Below, in pieces: positions 1-10,967 of a stretch of DNA of 64,000 bases. The DNA lies in assembly GCA_964649575.1 (NCBI GenBank), contig CAZYRI010000001.1:5235-69234 (forward strand), given 5' to 3'. The notes below the pieces were generated by a model, which saw nothing but the letters and a program-made list of their open reading frames with translations, made no database searches and was not told the origin of the DNA. Made by a program: the position numbers and the translations under genes. The stretch's first letter is position 1, and each line of letters begins with the position of its first letter. This stretch comes from an uncultured Clostridium sp. (lineage in GTDB: Bacteria > Bacillota_I > Bacilli_A > RF39 > UBA660).

Positions 1-123
1 AGCAACTACTTTATGTTTATCTTCAAATACAATATGTACACCTACAAGTGTTGTTTCAACTCTTTTTGATAAGTTTTCTAATACAATTTTTTGCTCAAAT
101 ATAGATATAATTTTCCCAAACAT
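1..123 (-). CDS. hypothetical protein, 5' part only (gene continues beyond window start)
   Basis: Minus-strand ATG at 123 preceded by GGGAG; translation MFGKIISIFEQKIVLENLSKRVETTLVGVHIVFEDKHKVVA runs open to base 1. Confidence 0.4.
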   Translation of the reverse strand, partial: MFGKIISIFEQKIVLENLSKRVETTLVGVHIVFEDKHKVVA

Positions 124-183
124 ATATACTCCCTCTTATTCTATAAAAATTATAACACTAAAAAGATACTATTGCTAGTACAA

Positions 184-756
184 TTATTTAACTATTAAAT
201 TTTTAAGTTCACCAGTAGGCTTTAATTTAATTGTTTTTTGTATATTATTTATTAGTTCAATTAACTCTTTATAATTAAAATCATCTGTTTTTATATAATA
301 TTTTTTACTATTTGAAATTATAATTATATCTCTATCTTGATATAGATTATTATTTATATTTAGGTCTTTTTTATATCCATATTCTTCTATATCTTTTAAA
401 TCTATTTTATACTTTTTAGGAATGTATACACCTATTCTTGAAAATTTATATGGATTATATGCTTTTTCTTTTTTAGATATTATTTTAGTTGGTAATAATT
501 GATTTAAATATAATGTGTCTTTTTCTAAAATAATATTTATACTTTTATAATATTTTATACCTGTTATTATATTACCTATTATGAATACATTTGGAACAGA
601 TAATATAAATATTGATATTATTAATCCTAATATATTCATCTTAATATCTATTGTTAAACAAAATAATATTATTGTTGTGATAAAAAAGAATATTTCTAAT
701 ATTATATAGAACATTATTGTTGGTATAAATTTTTCTTTTTTGGCAATTATTTTCAT
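184..756 (-). CDS. membrane protein (3 N-terminal TM helices + soluble C-domain), unknown function
   Basis: ORF track; AGGAG 6 nt upstream of ATG; hydrophobic N-terminal third. Confidence 0.5.
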   Translation of the reverse strand: MKIIAKKEKFIPTIMFYIILEIFFFITTIILFCLTIDIKMNILGLIISIFILSVPNVFIIGNIITGIKYYKSINIILEKDTLYLNQLLPTKIISKKEKAYNPYKFSRIGVYIPKKYKIDLKDIEEYGYKKDLNINNNLYQDRDIIIISNSKKYYIKTDDFNYKELIELINNIQKTIKLKPTGELKNLIVK

Positions 757-812
757 ATATCTCCTAGTTATTCAATTATATCATATGTAAAAGAAAAATG
801 AGTAAAAACTCA

Positions 813-3338
813 TTAATTCTTCTTTAGTATTTCAAGTTTATGCTCTTCTTTTGCTAAATCTTCTCTTTCTTTATTAACAATAGCTTCTGGTGCTTTATTA
901 ACATAATTTTCATTTGATAGAAGTTTTTTTCTTCTTTCAATAGATGCTGTTAACTTAATTATTTCTTCTTCTATTTTTTGTTTTTCTTCTTCATTATTTT
1001 TAGAGTTATCAAAATATAAATCAAATTTATAATTATAAAGTTCAATAGTTAATAGATCTTTATATGTAGGATTCTCTACTATTTTGTCTTCTAATTTTAA
1101 CATTTTATTTAATAATATATTTTTATTATAATCAATTACTTCAATTTCATTTGAAATTTTATTTTCTAGTTTTTTGTTTCTAAATAATGTTACATATTCT
1201 AACATTTCATCTATTTCTTTTGTTTCAGTTTTAAATATTTGTTTTTTATTATATGTTGGATATTCACTTTGTAATAATAATTCTGTATCTTTTATTTCAA
1301 AATTACTATATATTTCTTCAGTAACAAATGGCATAAATGGATGTAACATTTTTATAATACAAGTTATTGTATAAAGAAGTGTGCTCTTAGCTCCATTTGT
1401 TTCACTAAACTTAGACATTTCTATATATTTATCACAGAAATTATCCCAAATAAATGAGTATAATTCACTACCTGCATTATTAAATTCATATTTATCCATT
1501 GATTTTGTTACAGAAGCAATAGTTTCATTTAATTTAGTAAGTATCCATCTATCAGCATTATCTATATTTTCTAAACTGTAATCTTCTTTTTTGAAATTTT
1601 CAAGTTTCATAAGTACGAATCTTGATGCATTCCATAATTTATTTATGAAATTCCAAGTTGATGCAACTTTTTCAGTATCAAATCTAATATCCATTCCCAT
1701 AGCAGATGTTGTTGTTAAATAGAATCTTAAAGCATCACATCCATATTTATCAATCATATCCATTGGATCTATTCCATTACCTAATGATTTAGACATTTTT
1801 CTTCCTTGTTTATCTCTAATTAATCCATGGATTATGCAATCTTTAAATGGTCTTTCATTCATTTGTTTTAATGATGAGAATGCCATTCTAGCTACCCAAA
1901 AGAATATAATATCATATGCTGTTACTAAAACATCTGTTGGAAAGTATCTTTCTAAATCTTCTGTTTTATTTGGCCAACCGAGTGTACTAAATGGCCATAA
2001 TGCACTACTAAACCATGTATCAAGAACATCATTGTCTTGTGTCCAACCTTCTCCTGGACACTCTACTTGTACTTTTACTTCGTCATCTTTATACCAAGCA
2101 GGAATTCTATGTCCCCACCATAGTTGTCTACTTATACACCAATCATGACAGTCTTCCATCCAATGATTTAATATCTTTTCAAATCTTTTTGGTATAAAAT
2201 GTATTTTTTTATCTTTTGATTTTTGAGCATTTAATAAGTCTTCACTCATACTTTTCATATCAACAAACCATTGTTTAGATAGATATGGTTCAACTACTGC
2301 ATGAGTTCTTTCAGAATGACCTACACTATGTGTCATTTTTTCTACACTAATAAGTAAGTCTTCTTTTTCTAAATCTTTTAACAACTCACTTCTACATTCT
2401 TCTCTTGTCATACCATTATATTTGCCAGTAAGTTCATTCATTGTTGCATCTTCATTCATGATGATAATTCTTTCTAAATTATGTCTATTACCTACTTCAA
2501 AATCATTAGGGTCATGAGCTGGTGTTATTTTAACACAGCCTGTTCCAAACTCTGGATCAGCATGTTCATCTCCAATGATTGGTATTAATTTGTTAACAAT
2601 TGGAAGTATAACATTTTTACCTATTAAATCTTTATATCTTTTATCTTCTGGATTAACTGCTACTGCGGTATCACCAAAAAGTGTTTCTGGTCTAGTAGTA
2701 GCTACATCTAAATAATCTTTTGTTCCTTCTATAAAATATTTTATATGATAAAATGCTCCTTCATCTTCTTCATAAATAACTTCTTCATTAGAAAGAGCTG
2801 TCTTTGCAACTGGATCCCAATTTATTATTTTTTCTCCCCTATAAATAAGTCCTTCATTATATAATTTTATAAATACTGAATTAACTGCATTATTTAATCC
2901 TGAATCTAATGTAAATCTTTCTTTTGTATAATCAACACAAAGTCCCATTGTTTCCCATTGTTTATGAATGTTACTTCTATGTTCATCAGTCCATTTCCAA
3001 CATTCTTTTAAGAATTCTTCTCTTCCAAGTTCATATTTATTTATTCCTTGCTCTTTTAATCTATTAACAACTTTTGCTTCTGTTGCGATTGCAGCATGAT
3101 CCATGCCAGGAAGCCACAATGTATCAAATCCTTTCATTTTTTTATATCTTATAATTGTATCTTGAATACTTGTATTAAGAGCATGTCCTAAATGAAGATT
3201 ACCTGTAACATTAGGTGGTGGGATTACTATTGTAAATGGTTCTTTGCTTTTATCCCCTGCTTCAAAAAGGTGACTTTTCATCCATGTATCATATTTACCA
3301 TTCTCTACTTCTTTATGGTTATATTTTTTATCTAACAT
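813..3338 (-). CDS. valS: valyl-tRNA synthetase
   Basis: Class I HIGH ([14 protein letters not shown]) and KMSKS motifs, 841 aa, C-terminal coiled coil. Confidence 0.95.
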   Translation of the reverse strand: MLDKKYNHKEVENGKYDTWMKSHLFEAGDKSKEPFTIVIPPPNVTGNLHLGHALNTSIQDTIIRYKKMKGFDTLWLPGMDHAAIATEAKVVNRLKEQGINKYELGREEFLKECWKWTDEHRSNIHKQWETMGLCVDYTKERFTLDSGLNNAVNSVFIKLYNEGLIYRGEKIINWDPVAKTALSNEEVIYEEDEGAFYHIKYFIEGTKDYLDVATTRPETLFGDTAVAVNPEDKRYKDLIGKNVILPIVNKLIPIIGDEHADPEFGTGCVKITPAHDPNDFEVGNRHNLERIIIMNEDATMNELTGKYNGMTREECRSELLKDLEKEDLLISVEKMTHSVGHSERTHAVVEPYLSKQWFVDMKSMSEDLLNAQKSKDKKIHFIPKRFEKILNHWMEDCHDWCISRQLWWGHRIPAWYKDDEVKVQVECPGEGWTQDNDVLDTWFSSALWPFSTLGWPNKTEDLERYFPTDVLVTAYDIIFFWVARMAFSSLKQMNERPFKDCIIHGLIRDKQGRKMSKSLGNGIDPMDMIDKYGCDALRFYLTTTSAMGMDIRFDTEKVASTWNFINKLWNASRFVLMKLENFKKEDYSLENIDNADRWILTKLNETIASVTKSMDKYEFNNAGSELYSFIWDNFCDKYIEMSKFSETNGAKSTLLYTITCIIKMLHPFMPFVTEEIYSNFEIKDTELLLQSEYPTYNKKQIFKTETKEIDEMLEYVTLFRNKKLENKISNEIEVIDYNKNILLNKMLKLEDKIVENPTYKDLLTIELYNYKFDLYFDNSKNNEEEKQKIEEEIIKLTASIERRKKLLSNENYVNKAPEAIVNKEREDLAKEEHKLEILKKN

Positions 3339-4081
3339 AATTTATTCTCCTCTTTTAAATATTTTTTTACTTCATCAAAATAAGGTTTAAACTTATCTTT
3401 ATCTTTTATATGTTCTAATATTTTATCATAATAACCTTTTTCTAATATTGTTTGTTTACTATAATCATAATTTAAATCAAATACAAATGATAAATATAGT
3501 ATTATCTTATCATTTACTGTTTTGACATCTTCTCTCCTAATTAATTTATGTTTTTTAAAATCTTCTTTAACTTTATCAGAGATATCACTATCATCTATTT
3601 TTAATTCTAATATTCTTGGATTAGAAAATGAATATAATATATCTAATTTATCAGCATCTCTTATAATTTTACAATGTAATTTTTCTTTTACTGTTAAATT
3701 ATCTTCTATTTCGTATTTATTATGATTCTGTATAGCTTTTTTAACTATATTATAATCTTTGGTAGTTATTCTGTATTTCTTGATTTCTTCATCATCAAAT
3801 AATATTTTGGCTCCAAGTTCTGCATGATCAACAGATTTTATATCATCAAATGTTTTATATTCTTTCCATTGTGGAAATCTTCCATAATCATGTAATAAAC
3901 CAATTAAACATGCTAAATAATTGTCATCTTCATCTAAATTAAGTGTATATGATATTTCATCACTTTCATGCATGACTCGATAAGAATGCTTATACTTAAA
4001 TTCTATCATTTTTTCATTTAAGTCATAAGATATTACATACTTATCAAATTCATCTAAGTTATCATTCATTTCGTTTTTCAT
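3332..4081 (-). CDS. HD-domain phosphohydrolase, co-transcribed with valS behind the T-box
   Basis: H..HDYGR and HAELGA motifs; start moved to the ATG at 4081 with GGAGG 8 nt upstream (track start 4096 contains that RBS). Confidence 0.7.
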   Translation of the reverse strand: MKNEMNDNLDEFDKYVISYDLNEKMIEFKYKHSYRVMHESDEISYTLNLDEDDNYLACLIGLLHDYGRFPQWKEYKTFDDIKSVDHAELGAKILFDDEEIKKYRITTKDYNIVKKAIQNHNKYEIEDNLTVKEKLHCKIIRDADKLDILYSFSNPRILELKIDDSDISDKVKEDFKKHKLIRREDVKTVNDKIILYLSFVFDLNYDYSKQTILEKGYYDKILEHIKDKDKFKPYFDEVKKYLKEENKLC

Positions 4082-4096
4082 ACTTTTTTCCTCCAA

Positions 4097-4310
4097 AATA
4101 AAAAGGTAGAACCAAAGGACGAAATTTTCCGTGGTACCACCTTATTTAATACTCTATTTATTTAACGCATAATTACGCAACTTCTTACTTTATTCAGAAG
4201 TCAAACTCACAAGCTACCTTCATATATCTATCCTAAGAAAAGCTTTCAGCTAATAACTTTTCATCTCTAATAGTTAGTATATATTACTCCTCTTGGTCTT
4301 TGTTTTGTAT
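4097..4310 (-). promoter_or_regulatory. T-box riboswitch leader (valine) of HD-valS operon
   Basis: Minus-strand RNA carries AAGGUGGUACCACGG (T-box box) overlapping a terminator hairpin + U-run; stem I GA motif UAGAGAUGA; S-turn/specifier AGUAAGAA-GUU-G; promoter TTGACA(4340-4345)-17-TATAAT(4317-4322). Confidence 0.8.
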
Positions 4311-4371
4311 GACTAGATTATACAACTTTAATATCTATCTGTCAATTCAATTTGTTAAAAGGTTAAAAATG

Positions 4372-4554
4372 TTATCTTCTCTTTTTTGCATCTTTACAGA
4401 ATTGATTCCAAATACTTAAACCAATTATACCTACTTTTAACCCTGTGTGTTTATTTTCTTTTTTCTTTCCTTGTTTTTCTAGTTCTTTTTCTACTTCACT
4501 TTTTTCAATACAAATAATAATGCCGATTGCAATTCCTAAAATAAATGCTAACAC
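4372..4554 (-). CDS. small membrane protein (N-terminal TM + charged tail), GTG start
   Basis: GAGGAGG 5 nt upstream of GTG; 60 aa; UPF0154-like architecture (low confidence). Confidence 0.4.
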   Translation of the reverse strand: MLAFILGIAIGIIICIEKSEVEKELEKQGKKKENKHTGLKVGIIGLSIWNQFCKDAKKRR

Positions 4555-4731
4555 TTAAACCTCCTCTATAATGTAATTAAGATATTTTTTAATTACATTT
4601 AGATTTTTGTTAAGAGATATCTATAAACTCATTATTTTTTTTGATTTCAAAATCTATATTATAATGTCTATTGAGATAGAGTGTTTTTAGCTGTCTCTTT
4701 GAATATTTGGTTCTTAAGAAAGTTTAATATT

Positions 4732-5067
4732 TTAGTCTTCTTTATGAAGTTCTTCTATTAATTTTTCTATTTTTTCACCATATTCTATTGATTCATCAAA
4801 TATAAATTTTAATTCTGGTGTATGTCTAATTTGTAATCTTTCTGCAAGAAGACTTCTAAAAAAACCACTTGCATTATTAAGATCTTTTTCTACTTTTACT
4901 TTATCATCTGTTGTTGTAAAGTATACTTTTGCAAAACTTAGATCATTTGTTACTTCACATGCAGTTATTGTTACATGTTTAAAATCTTCATCTTTTGCTT
5001 CTAGAAGTAATATATTTCCAAGTTCTTTTTGCATATCAGAAGCTACTCTTTCACCTTTTAAACTCAT
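4732..5067 (-). CDS. rbfA: ribosome-binding factor A
   Basis: RbfA-length (111 aa) and conserved context after infB. Confidence 0.9.
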   Translation of the reverse strand: MSLKGERVASDMQKELGNILLLEAKDEDFKHVTITACEVTNDLSFAKVYFTTTDDKVKVEKDLNNASGFFRSLLAERLQIRHTPELKFIFDESIEYGEKIEKLIEELHKED

Positions 5068-7181
5068 ACTCGTTTCACTTCCTTAACTTCATAAACTTCA
5101 ATAATATCTCTTTCTTTAATATCTGGGAATGATTCAATTGTCATACCACAGTCATAACCAGCTTTAACTTCTTTAACTTGGTCTTTTTCTCTTTGTAATG
5201 TTGCTACTTTTGATGATGTTACAACAATTCCATCTCTTATAACTCTACAAGGTGTATTAACTTTAACCAATCCATTTGTTACATGTGAACCTGCTATGTT
5301 ACCAACTTTAGAAAAATGGAATAATTGTCTTACTTCTGCTTCACCAATTACAACTTCTTCAAATTCTGGATCAAGCATACCTTTCATAGCACTTTCTATT
5401 TCTTCTACTAATTTATATATAATATTATAAAGTCTTATTTCAATTCCATAGCTTTTAGCTGTTTCTTTTGTTTGCTTACTTGGACTTACATTAAATCCAA
5501 TAATAATTGCATTAGATGCATTTGCTAAAACTACATCACTTTCTGTTATAGTTCCAACACCACTTCTAATAACATTTATTTTAACACCTTCAACCGTTAT
5601 TTTTAATAAAGCATTTTTAACCGCTTCTTCACTACCTTTAACATCAGTTTTTAAGATAATGTTTATTTCTTTTCTTCCTTCTTTAATTGAGTCAAATAAT
5701 TCCTCTAAACTTAATGCTTTTTTAGCAAATTTCTTACTCTTTTCATGTTCTTTTCTCTTCATAGCAACACTTCTTGCTTCTTTTTCACCTTCAAATGCCA
5801 TGAATTTATCGCCTGCTACTGGTACATCATCAAGCCCTGTTACTTCTACTGGTTTAGATGGTTCTGCTGATACCACTTCTTTTCCTGTATCATCTTTAAG
5901 TGTTCTTACTTTTCCATAATTTGTTCCAACAACGATTGGATCTCCTAATCTTAGTGTTCCATTTTGAATTAATAATGTTACAACTGGTCCTATATTCTTA
6001 TCAAGTCTTGCTTCAATAACAGAACCACTCGCATATCTATTTGGATTTGCCTTTAGATTTAATACTTCACTAAGTGCTGTAATATTATCAAGTAATAAGT
6101 CTACTCCTTCACCAGTTTGTGCACTTATACGAACAAATATTGTATCTCCACCCCATTCTTCTGGTGTTAATCCTAGTTCGCTTAGTTCACTCATTATCTT
6201 ATCAACATTTATATTTGGCTTATCTATTTTGTTAACAGCAACAATAATTGGTACACCTGCTGCTTTAGCATGGTCTATTGCTTCTCTTGTTTGAGGCATA
6301 ACTCCATCATCTGCTGCTACTATAATAATAACAATATCAGTTACAGCGGCACCTCTTGCTCTCATTTCTGTAAATGCTGCATGTCCAGGTGTATCAATAA
6401 ATGTTATTTTCTTACCATCTTTTTCTACTTGATATGCACCTATTGCTTGTGTTATACCACCTGCTTCTCCAGCCGCAACATGAGAATTACGAATATAATC
6501 TAATAATGTGGTTTTTCCATGATCAACATGTCCCATAATTGTTACAACTGCTGGTCTTCCTTCTAAATCACTTTCATTATCTTTAATTACATATTCTTCA
6601 AAATTAGTTATATCTGTTGTTTCTTCTTTTACAAGTTCCTTATTATATTCAAGAACTAATACTTCTGCATCTTCATATAAAATTGCTTGATTTGAAGATA
6701 TCATAAGTCCCATACTAATTAATTTTTTAACAACATCTGAAACTGGTACTTTAAGTTCATTTGCTAAGTCAGTAACACTCATACCCTCTTTATATAAAAC
6801 AACATTATTTTCTATTTCTTCTTTATTACTTTGAAGTTTTTGCTTGTTTTTATAAATATTTTTCTTTTTAAGTGATAAGTCTTCTTGTGCTTGTTTGTTA
6901 TCTTTTTTCTTGAATTTTTCTTTTACCTTAACTTGTTCATCTAATTCAATATTATATGCAAGTGCCGCTTCTTCTGCCCTATCTTCTAATTCAAATTTAT
7001 CTGCTAATTCTTCTGTTAAATTATTTTCTTCTTCCTTTGATAATTCATTATCTAACATAATAATAGCTTCATCATCTAATATATTTGTTTTATCAGAATA
7101 ACTATATCCCATCTTTTTAAGTGCAGTTATTACTTCCTCACTTGTTATACCTAATTCCAAAGCATAGTCTTCTATACTCAT
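5064..7181 (-). CDS. infB: translation initiation factor IF-2
   Basis: G-domain [21 protein letters not shown]; 705 aa. Confidence 0.95.
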   Translation of the reverse strand: MSIEDYALELGITSEEVITALKKMGYSYSDKTNILDDEAIIMLDNELSKEEENNLTEELADKFELEDRAEEAALAYNIELDEQVKVKEKFKKKDNKQAQEDLSLKKKNIYKNKQKLQSNKEEIENNVVLYKEGMSVTDLANELKVPVSDVVKKLISMGLMISSNQAILYEDAEVLVLEYNKELVKEETTDITNFEEYVIKDNESDLEGRPAVVTIMGHVDHGKTTLLDYIRNSHVAAGEAGGITQAIGAYQVEKDGKKITFIDTPGHAAFTEMRARGAAVTDIVIIIVAADDGVMPQTREAIDHAKAAGVPIIVAVNKIDKPNINVDKIMSELSELGLTPEEWGGDTIFVRISAQTGEGVDLLLDNITALSEVLNLKANPNRYASGSVIEARLDKNIGPVVTLLIQNGTLRLGDPIVVGTNYGKVRTLKDDTGKEVVSAEPSKPVEVTGLDDVPVAGDKFMAFEGEKEARSVAMKRKEHEKSKKFAKKALSLEELFDSIKEGRKEINIILKTDVKGSEEAVKNALLKITVEGVKINVIRSGVGTITESDVVLANASNAIIIGFNVSPSKQTKETAKSYGIEIRLYNIIYKLVEEIESAMKGMLDPEFEEVVIGEAEVRQLFHFSKVGNIAGSHVTNGLVKVNTPCRVIRDGIVVTSSKVATLQREKDQVKEVKAGYDCGMTIESFPDIKERDIIEVYEVKEVKRV

Positions 7182-7201
7182 AAAATCCCTCCTTTTTTAT
7201 T

Positions 7202-7459
7202 TTATATTTTTGTTAATAATTCATCATATATTTCATCTTTTATTTTTACTTCTAAGTGACGATCTAATATCTTAGATTTTCTGGCTGTTTCTATTACTTC
7301 TTTATCTTTTTTTATGTAAGCTCCTCTTCCATTTGCTTTACCTGTTTCATCCACAAATACCAATCCTTCGTTATTTCTAACTATTCTTAGAAGATCTTTT
7401 TTTTCTAATTTTTCATGTGTCACTACACATGTTCTCATAGGTATTTTTCTTACTTTCAT
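7202..7459 (-). CDS. ylxR: YlxR/RnpM family RNA-binding protein (DUF448)
   Basis: 85 aa, RTCVVT...GRGAY motif, between nusA and infB. Confidence 0.85.
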   Translation of the reverse strand: MKVRKIPMRTCVVTHEKLEKKDLLRIVRNNEGLVFVDETGKANGRGAYIKKDKEVIETARKSKILDRHLEVKIKDEIYDELLTKI

Positions 7460-7470
7460 ATAAACTCTCC

Positions 7471-8610
7471 TTATGAGTTGATTTCTTTATTTATGTCCGC
7501 TAATGTTTTAATATTTATTGTGTATTTTGTAAGTTTACTAGCTAATTTAATATTAATTCCTTTTTTACCTATTGCTAAACTTAAATTTTCATCATCAGCT
7601 ATAACTAATGCTTCTTTTTTCTTTTCATCTGTTATACTTACATTTAAATTTTTAGCTGGACTTAATGCATTAGCAATAAATTCTTCTGGGTCAGTGCTAT
7701 AAGCAATTAAATCTACTTTTTCTCCTCCAAGTTCATTAATTATATTAGCAATTCTTCTTCCTTTTTCACCAATACAACTTCCGATTGGGTCTACTTTTGG
7801 ATTAGTTGAAGAAACTGCTACTTTTGATCTAACACCAACTTCTCTTGCTACTCCTCTAAGTTCTAGTGTTCCATCACTAAATTCTGGTATTTCATGTTCA
7901 AATAATCTTTTAACAAATCCATAATTTTTTCTTGATACTAAAATTAATGGTCCTTTAGTAGTTGATTCTATTTTAGTAATATAAACTTTTATAGAATCCC
8001 CCATAGTTAATTTTTCTCCTGGAATTAATTCAGTTTTTGGAAGTATTCCTCTTGCTTTTCCTAAATCAACATAGTAATTTTTAGCATCTTCCATAGCAAG
8101 AAAACCTATCATAAGTTCATCTTCTTTATCTTCAAATTCACTCATAATTTTTTGTCTTTCTGCTTCTCTTATCTTTTGAACTACAACTTGTTTAGCAACT
8201 GAAATAGCTACTCTACCAAAATCATGTGGAGTTACTTCTTCAAGTATTTCATCTCCTATTTGATAATCACTATTAATTTCTTTTGCTTCACTTATTGTCA
8301 TTTCATTTAAATAATCATGTTTTACTTTAACTTCTCCAGTTTCTGGATCAATATCATCATCTTCTTCTTTATAATCATCAACAATAGTGGTTACTTTAAA
8401 TACCTTTATTTCTCCAGTATTTCTATCAATTAATACTCTTGATGCATAATCTGCTTTTTCATTCTTTTTAAAAGCTGTTGATAATGCTGTTTGCATTGCT
8501 TCAATAACAACATCTTCATCAATTCCTTTTTCTTTTACAATATAGTCTAATGCTTTTTTAAATTCTTTTGAAGATGTTTCTTCTTCTTTTTTAGTTTTCT
8601 TCATCATCAC
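7471..8610 (-). CDS. nusA: transcription termination/antitermination factor NusA
   Basis: S1 + KH domains, conserved operon; short K-rich N-terminal extension. Confidence 0.95.
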   Translation of the reverse strand: MMMKKTKKEEETSSKEFKKALDYIVKEKGIDEDVVIEAMQTALSTAFKKNEKADYASRVLIDRNTGEIKVFKVTTIVDDYKEEDDDIDPETGEVKVKHDYLNEMTISEAKEINSDYQIGDEILEEVTPHDFGRVAISVAKQVVVQKIREAERQKIMSEFEDKEDELMIGFLAMEDAKNYYVDLGKARGILPKTELIPGEKLTMGDSIKVYITKIESTTKGPLILVSRKNYGFVKRLFEHEIPEFSDGTLELRGVAREVGVRSKVAVSSTNPKVDPIGSCIGEKGRRIANIINELGGEKVDLIAYSTDPEEFIANALSPAKNLNVSITDEKKKEALVIADDENLSLAIGKKGINIKLASKLTKYTINIKTLADINKEINS

Positions 8611-8848
8611 TCACTCCTTTACTTCCAACATCTAAAACATATTCTTCTAAGTCTAAATCTAATGAATCAATTATTGGATCTACTATATGAGTTGCTTTAA
8701 CACATAAGTCCATATCAACACCTGATTCACTATCAATAGTTACAAATAATGTTTTTTCACCATCGTCTTCACCTAAATAAACATCTAGTAATGTTATATT
8801 TTCTTTCTCTAATGGTTCCTTAATCGCATCTTTAATTTTATCTATCAT
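8591..8848 (-). CDS. rimP: ribosome maturation factor RimP, N-terminal domain only (85 aa)
   Basis: Start set to ATG 8848 with AGGAGG upstream; RimP N-domain similarity; ends where nusA begins so the C-terminal Sm-like domain is absent. Confidence 0.7.
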   Translation of the reverse strand: MIDKIKDAIKEPLEKENITLLDVYLGEDDGEKTLFVTIDSESGVDMDLCVKATHIVDPIIDSLDLDLEEYVLDVGSKGVSDDEEN

Positions 8849-8994
8849 TAAAATGCCTCCTTTCGTAAATAAAGAGTGGACTACCATGTCCACTCTCCTC
8901 TTGTCAACTGTATTATAGCATAATTAATTATATGTTACAAGAAAAACTTTATTAATTGATATGTTAATTTTTATTAATTTTTATTAATTTTCAA

Positions 8995-9023
8995 TTGAAA
9001 TATATTTTTATATTTGTTAGTAT
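8995..9023 (+). promoter_or_regulatory. sigma-A-type promoter for the AAA+ gene
   Basis: TTGAAA-17-TAGTAT; AAGAGG RBS before ATG 9045; preceded by 3x direct repeat ttaattttta (8965-8994). Confidence 0.5.
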
Positions 9024-9044
9024 AGTGAATTAAGAGGTAATGAT

Positions 9045-10907
9045 ATGAAAAATGAACTTGTTTTTAAGAGCTTAAACAGCGAAACTAAAGAGTATTTACT
9101 TGCTGTATATTCTATAATGGATTATTTAAATAATTGTAATCCTAGTATTCCTGTGACTAATAGTGATGGTGAAACCATTTATGTTTCAATCACTGAAGGA
9201 AATTATATAATTGGTCTTGCTTTTTTCTTAGCCGGTCTATATGTAGATGGACCTACAAAAGATTTTTTTAATTCTAGAGATATTACTTTTGAAAAATGTT
9301 TTAGTTATATTAATAGTGATAATACTAGTGAATTTAAATTAATTGATGATGATTTATTTAATAATGAAGCATTTAGTCTTATTAATTTAGGTAGTTATTT
9401 GGGTACTATTTCTAATCAAATAAAGGAAGACTATTATCTTACTGATAAAGATTTTTCTATTAATGATATTGAAGGTTATCAAATATTTGACTATTCTATG
9501 ATATTTTATACTGATGTAGTTAATGATTTAATGTATGAAATGTTTGGTATTGATGACTTTTTTAAAAGTGAACTATTTGATGATTATCAAGCAACTAGAG
9601 AAGGAATTTATTCTAGGATGGCTAAAGAAAAATATGATGTTGATATATTTGAAGCAAGAGATGAAATCATTTGGGAATTTGATTTTGATAGATTTAAATT
9701 AATATATGATAATGGCTATGCTTATTTGTTTACTCCTGATAAAAGTAATGTTGATGTTAAAGTCTTGGGTGAAGAAAATGAGTCTATTAATATTAATAGT
9801 GTTGAAATATTAAGAATAAATGGTAAAAGTATAGATTTTGATTATTTTGATAGTATTCTTTCATTAAATGATGATGATGTTATTGAACTTACTATACTTG
9901 ATAGTGAAGATAATGAAAGAATTTTTGCTACTAAAAAAGGAGAATTATTTAAAAAAGTGGAAGATATAAAAGAAACTAAAAGAAAAATCAATTTAGATAA
10001 ATATGGTGAAGAATTAACTAAACTTAATTATCTTAGTGATCCTAGTGTTGGTAGAGATGATGATATAAGAAGAATTGAACAAATTTTATTATATCCAGAA
10101 AGAGATAAAAGTATTATTATAACTGGTGAACCTGGTGTTGGTAAAACTGCTCTTGTAAGAGGGCTTGCTTATAGAATCAAAAATGGAAATGTACCATCTA
10201 AACTAAAGGGTATAAGAATATATAGTATTGATAATGCTACTATGGTTGCTGGTACTAAATATGTTGGTATGCTCGAAGAAAAAATGAAAAATATTCTTGA
10301 TGAAGTTAGTGAAGATAAAGATATAATATTGTTTATTGATGAAGTACATCAAATAATATCTGGTGGTGCTACTGAGAATAGTAATAACTCTGTTGCTGAA
10401 ATATTAAAACCATACTTAGATGTTGGAAAAGTTAGAATTATTGGTGCTACTACTACTGAAGATTATATGAACACTATAAGTAGTAATCCTGCTTTTAAAA
10501 CCAGATTTAAAAGAATTGATATAAAAGAACCTACTAATGATACTATGTATACAATTCTTGATAATTTAATTGATACATATAATGAAATTAGTGGTATAGT
10601 TCTTGATCCTGATTACACTAATAGAGCTAATATTATTAAGTCATTGCTTGATGTTACTAAAAAGTCTTGTAGAGATTACAAAGATCCTGCTAATAATCCA
10701 AGACTTGTTATTGATATTTTAAAAGAAGCTTATGCTATTGCAGCAATCAATGACAGAGACGAAGTTACAATTGATGATATTAAGCTTGCAGTTAGTGACG
10801 AAGAAAGAATTTATAAATCTGCTAGAGATAGATATTCTAATATTTATGATAAAGAAACTCAAAAGCCAAAAGGCATTGTTCTTGAATTTAAGCCTAAAAA
10901 ACATTAA
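9045..10907 (+). CDS. Clp/Hsp100-family AAA+ ATPase with a single D1-type nucleotide-binding domain fused to an unrecognised ~320-aa N-terminal domain
   Basis: GEPGVGKTALVRGLAYRI (Walker A, ClpB/ClpC D1 signature), LFIDEVHQI (Walker B), ILKPYLDVGKVRIIGATT (sensor 1), RFKRIDIKEP; no D2 module, no ClpP-docking loop. Confidence 0.75.
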   Translation: MKNELVFKSLNSETKEYLLAVYSIMDYLNNCNPSIPVTNSDGETIYVSITEGNYIIGLAFFLAGLYVDGPTKDFFNSRDITFEKCFSYINSDNTSEFKLIDDDLFNNEAFSLINLGSYLGTISNQIKEDYYLTDKDFSINDIEGYQIFDYSMIFYTDVVNDLMYEMFGIDDFFKSELFDDYQATREGIYSRMAKEKYDVDIFEARDEIIWEFDFDRFKLIYDNGYAYLFTPDKSNVDVKVLGEENESININSVEILRINGKSIDFDYFDSILSLNDDDVIELTILDSEDNERIFATKKGELFKKVEDIKETKRKINLDKYGEELTKLNYLSDPSVGRDDDIRRIEQILLYPERDKSIIITGEPGVGKTALVRGLAYRIKNGNVPSKLKGIRIYSIDNATMVAGTKYVGMLEEKMKNILDEVSEDKDIILFIDEVHQIISGGATENSNNSVAEILKPYLDVGKVRIIGATTTEDYMNTISSNPAFKTRFKRIDIKEPTNDTMYTILDNLIDTYNEISGIVLDPDYTNRANIIKSLLDVTKKSCRDYKDPANNPRLVIDILKEAYAIAAINDRDEVTIDDIKLAVSDEERIYKSARDRYSNIYDKETQKPKGIVLEFKPKKH

Positions 10908-10930
10908 ACAACTATCATAGTTGTTTTTTA
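10907..10930 (+). terminator. rho-independent terminator
   Basis: AACAACT-atcat-AGTTGTT followed by TTTT. Confidence 0.7.
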
Positions 10931-10959
10931 TTGACAAACGGTTGTTTGTTATTTATTAT
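10931..10959 (+). promoter_or_regulatory. consensus promoter of Y-family polymerase gene; probably leaderless transcript
   Basis: TTGACA-17-TATTAT; ATG 10968 lies ~8 nt after -10 with no SD; spacer contains AAACGGTTGTTT (degenerate Cheo-like palindrome). Confidence 0.55.
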
Positions 10960-10967
10960 ATAAATAT

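Noticed and set aside
4571-4600. 11-bp inverted repeat AATGTAATTAA/TTAATTACATT upstream of the small ORF
   Set aside because: On the transcribed (minus) strand it is not followed by a U-run, so its function is unclear; possibly just AT-rich symmetry.
8961-8994. ttaattttta x3 direct repeats (CRISPR-like?)
   Set aside because: Three 10-bp A/T repeats without spacers; they lie in the AAA+ gene promoter region and are probably UP-element-like A/T tracts.
10936-10947. AAAC-N4-GTTT palindrome as LexA box of the Y-family polymerase
   Set aside because: Two mismatches in the essential GAAC/GTTC half-sites; kept only as a weak possibility, unlike the perfect box at 56414-56426.
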